Assembly (NCBI GenBank): GCA_964356125.1
Contig: CAYHHH010000010.1
Coordinates: forward strand, 11,054-57,184
Length of the DNA: 46,131 nt
Source: an uncultured Bifidobacteriaceae bacterium
Lineage (GTDB): Bacteria > Acidobacteriota > Vicinamibacteria > Vicinamibacterales > JAMQPK01
Direction of reading: 5' to 3'
Shown here: positions 44,714 through 46,131 of the stretch, in pieces
Position numbering within the stretch: the first letter of the stretch is position 1
How the letters are laid out: each line of letters opens with the position of its first letter
Notes under the pieces: model-generated
Database searches by the model: none
Told to the model about the DNA's origin: nothing
The model's input: only the letters and a program-made list of their open reading frames with translations
Made by a program: the position numbers and the translations under genes

Positions 44714-46131
44714 GCGGCGGCGCTCTGGCCCCCCTCGGCGTCGAGATCGCGGTAGACGCGCTCGAGCTGCGCCATCAGCGCGGGGCGCCGCTCGGCGTAT
44801 TTCGCGGCGTCGACGCTGCCCGCACGGCGCTGCTGCTCGAGGCGCACGAGCTCGGTGTAGATCTTCTCGCGCTTGCCGCTGAGCTGCTTGATGCGCCCTG
44901 CGTTGGACCCTGGTAATGGCCGGCGCCTGGCCGCCCAGAAACCGCCGCCGAGCATGACGATGGCCAGCGTCAGCGCAATGCGCCGCGGCCAGGGGCTGTG
45001 GTGCGGCAGTCCCGACACCGTAATCGCCAGCGGCGCACCCGCTGGTATCGCCGGGCCCTGCGCGAGAATGTAGGTCTCACCCTGAATGGCGCGCTCCTGC
45101 ACGTCTGGAAGCTGCGGGGACGCCAGCGAAATGTCGCCGACCTTTCTCATGAGCACGGCGAGCCCGGGAACCGCCAGCGGAAGCGTTTGCTCGAACGTCA
45201 CATCGCCGCTCGTCACCGGAAGCCGAAAGGCAATCTGCACCTCGGTCTGCCCGGAATCAAACGGACCCGTGATCGTGACGTGATCGCCGAGCGACACCGC
45301 CTGGGGCGCACCGGCGAGCACTGTTGGGCTGATGGCTCCCGAGGGCATGTTTACGACCACCGCGGAGGGAGGATTCACGGGCGTGCGCGCGCTGTTCCGG
45401 ATGTCGAGGAGGTAATACACCTGCAGCCCGTCGTCGGCGTGTTCGATGATGACGCGCGTCTGGTCGCCGAGCACGACATTGCCAGGCTGCGGTTGAAACA
45501 CAGGCGCAGGCGCGTCGCCCCCTTTTGGTGTGGCGACGAGCATCACGCGGATACCGCCGTCGCCGGGCCATGGAAACTCCTGCGATTCGAGCCGCTCGCC
45601 GTCGACGGTTGCAACAGTCTTGACGGCCGTTCCCGGGGTGACGCCGCTGAACTCCGCGCGACCGTTCTCATCGGTCTTCACGGTGCTCACCAGCTTCCCG
45701 CCCGCATGCACCTCGACGGGATGTCCTGAAATGTTGTTGGAGAGTTGCCCGCGGATCAGCCGAACGGAGACGCGGCCTGCCGGCAGATCGGTGACGGGCC
45801 GCGGCATGCCCGACATCGTCTTCGGATCGGGCATCTGAAGCTGCGCGGAGGCGGGGGCGGTGAACGTAAAAAGTGAAAAGTAGAAAGTAGAAAGGCAGAC
45901 GAGGAGCATCGCGAGCAGCTTTGTTCCGCACGATTTGCAGAATTTGGCGTCGCCATCATTCGATGTTCCGCAAGTCGCGCACTTTGCTCGACTAAAGTCG
46001 AGCCCTACCGAAGTTGAGTCGAGCCCTACCGTTGATGAGTCAGGCTCGGGTTCCTCGTAGGGCTCGACTTTTTCTCCGTAGGGCTCGACTTTTTCTCCGT
46101 AGGGCTCGACTTTAGTCGAGCTACCGGCTTT
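44710..46131 (-). CDS. ccm-associated membrane/periplasmic protein; frame stays open to the right edge and includes an upstream zinc ribbon
   Basis: The frame of ATG 45909 has no stop up to 46131: KAGSSTKVEPYGEKVEPYGEKVEPYEEPEPDSSTVGLDSTSVGLDFSRAKCATCGTSNDGDAKFCKSCGTKLLAMLLV..., then an Ig-like domain, a TM and a coiled tail. Confidence 0.7.
   Translation of the reverse strand, partial: KAGSSTKVEPYGEKVEPYGEKVEPYEEPEPDSSTVGLDSTSVGLDFSRAKCATCGTSNDGDAKFCKSCGTKLLAMLLVCLSTFYFSLFTFTAPASAQLQMPDPKTMSGMPRPVTDLPAGRVSVRLIRGQLSNNISGHPVEVHAGGKLVSTVKTDENGRAEFSGVTPGTAVKTVATVDGERLESQEFPWPGDGGIRVMLVATPKGGDAPAPVFQPQPGNVVLGDQTRVIIEHADDGLQVYYLLDIRNSARTPVNPPSAVVVNMPSGAISPTVLAGAPQAVSLGDHVTITGPFDSGQTEVQIAFRLPVTSGDVTFEQTLPLAVPGLAVLMRKVGDISLASPQLPDVQERAIQGETYILAQGPAIPAGAPLAITVSGLPHHSPWPRRIALTLAIVMLGGGFWAARRRPLPGSNAGRIKQLSGKREKIYTELVRLEQQRRAGSVDAAKYAERRPALMAQLERVYRDLDAEGGQSAAA
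45986..46121. repeat. GTAG-REP cluster (2 complete and 3 partial units, 21-bp period, two orientations) inside an open frame
   Basis: GTAGG-GCTCGA-CTTTAG-TCGAGC at 46099-46121 (+) and 45986-46008 (-); partial units start at 46057 and 46078 (+) and 46029 (-). Confidence 0.9.

Noticed and set aside
45986-46121. CRISPR array
   Set aside because: Units have a 21-bp period, two of the intervening segments are identical, orientation flips midway, no cas genes are present, and the units match the GTAG-REP pattern.
1-46131. Prophage, IS element, integron, tRNA or rRNA
   Set aside because: No integrase, transposase, phage structural gene or structured RNA signature was recognised.

Overview
GC-rich bacterial window; gene content and repeat style suggest a soil Acidobacterium of the Vicinamibacteria type (inference only). 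About 1-38.2 kb is a large cell-envelope glycosylation and tailoring locus. It holds three GT4s, two GT2s, four multi-TM GT-C-like proteins, an acyltransferase, an epimerase, four SAM methyltransferase-domain proteins, two radical SAM enzymes, an LPG-synthase-type flippase and a DedA protein. It also holds a sulfatase-fold membrane protein followed by a VTC / DUF4956 / CotH(+FGE-like) trio, an NTP-transferase next to a CofD/YvcK-like-GT2 fusion, and interspersed secreted proteins (five lipoproteins, a beta-barrel, a GH-like protein). About 38.2-46.1 kb is housekeeping: suhB, an RsbW-like kinase, aroA, aroK, a metallophosphoesterase and ccmABCD. The clearest unexplained structure is a set of palindromic repeat families that sit inside coding sequence and are translated: a 26-32 bp perfect inverted repeat in three copies with a compensatory base change, a GTAG-REP family with covarying stems, and inverted heptamer arrays. 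Several starts differ from the supplied ORF track; I moved them using stop/start overlaps, RBS, signal peptides and -10 elements. All protein family calls come from motif recognition, not database searches. No rRNA, tRNA, CRISPR array or transposase was seen.
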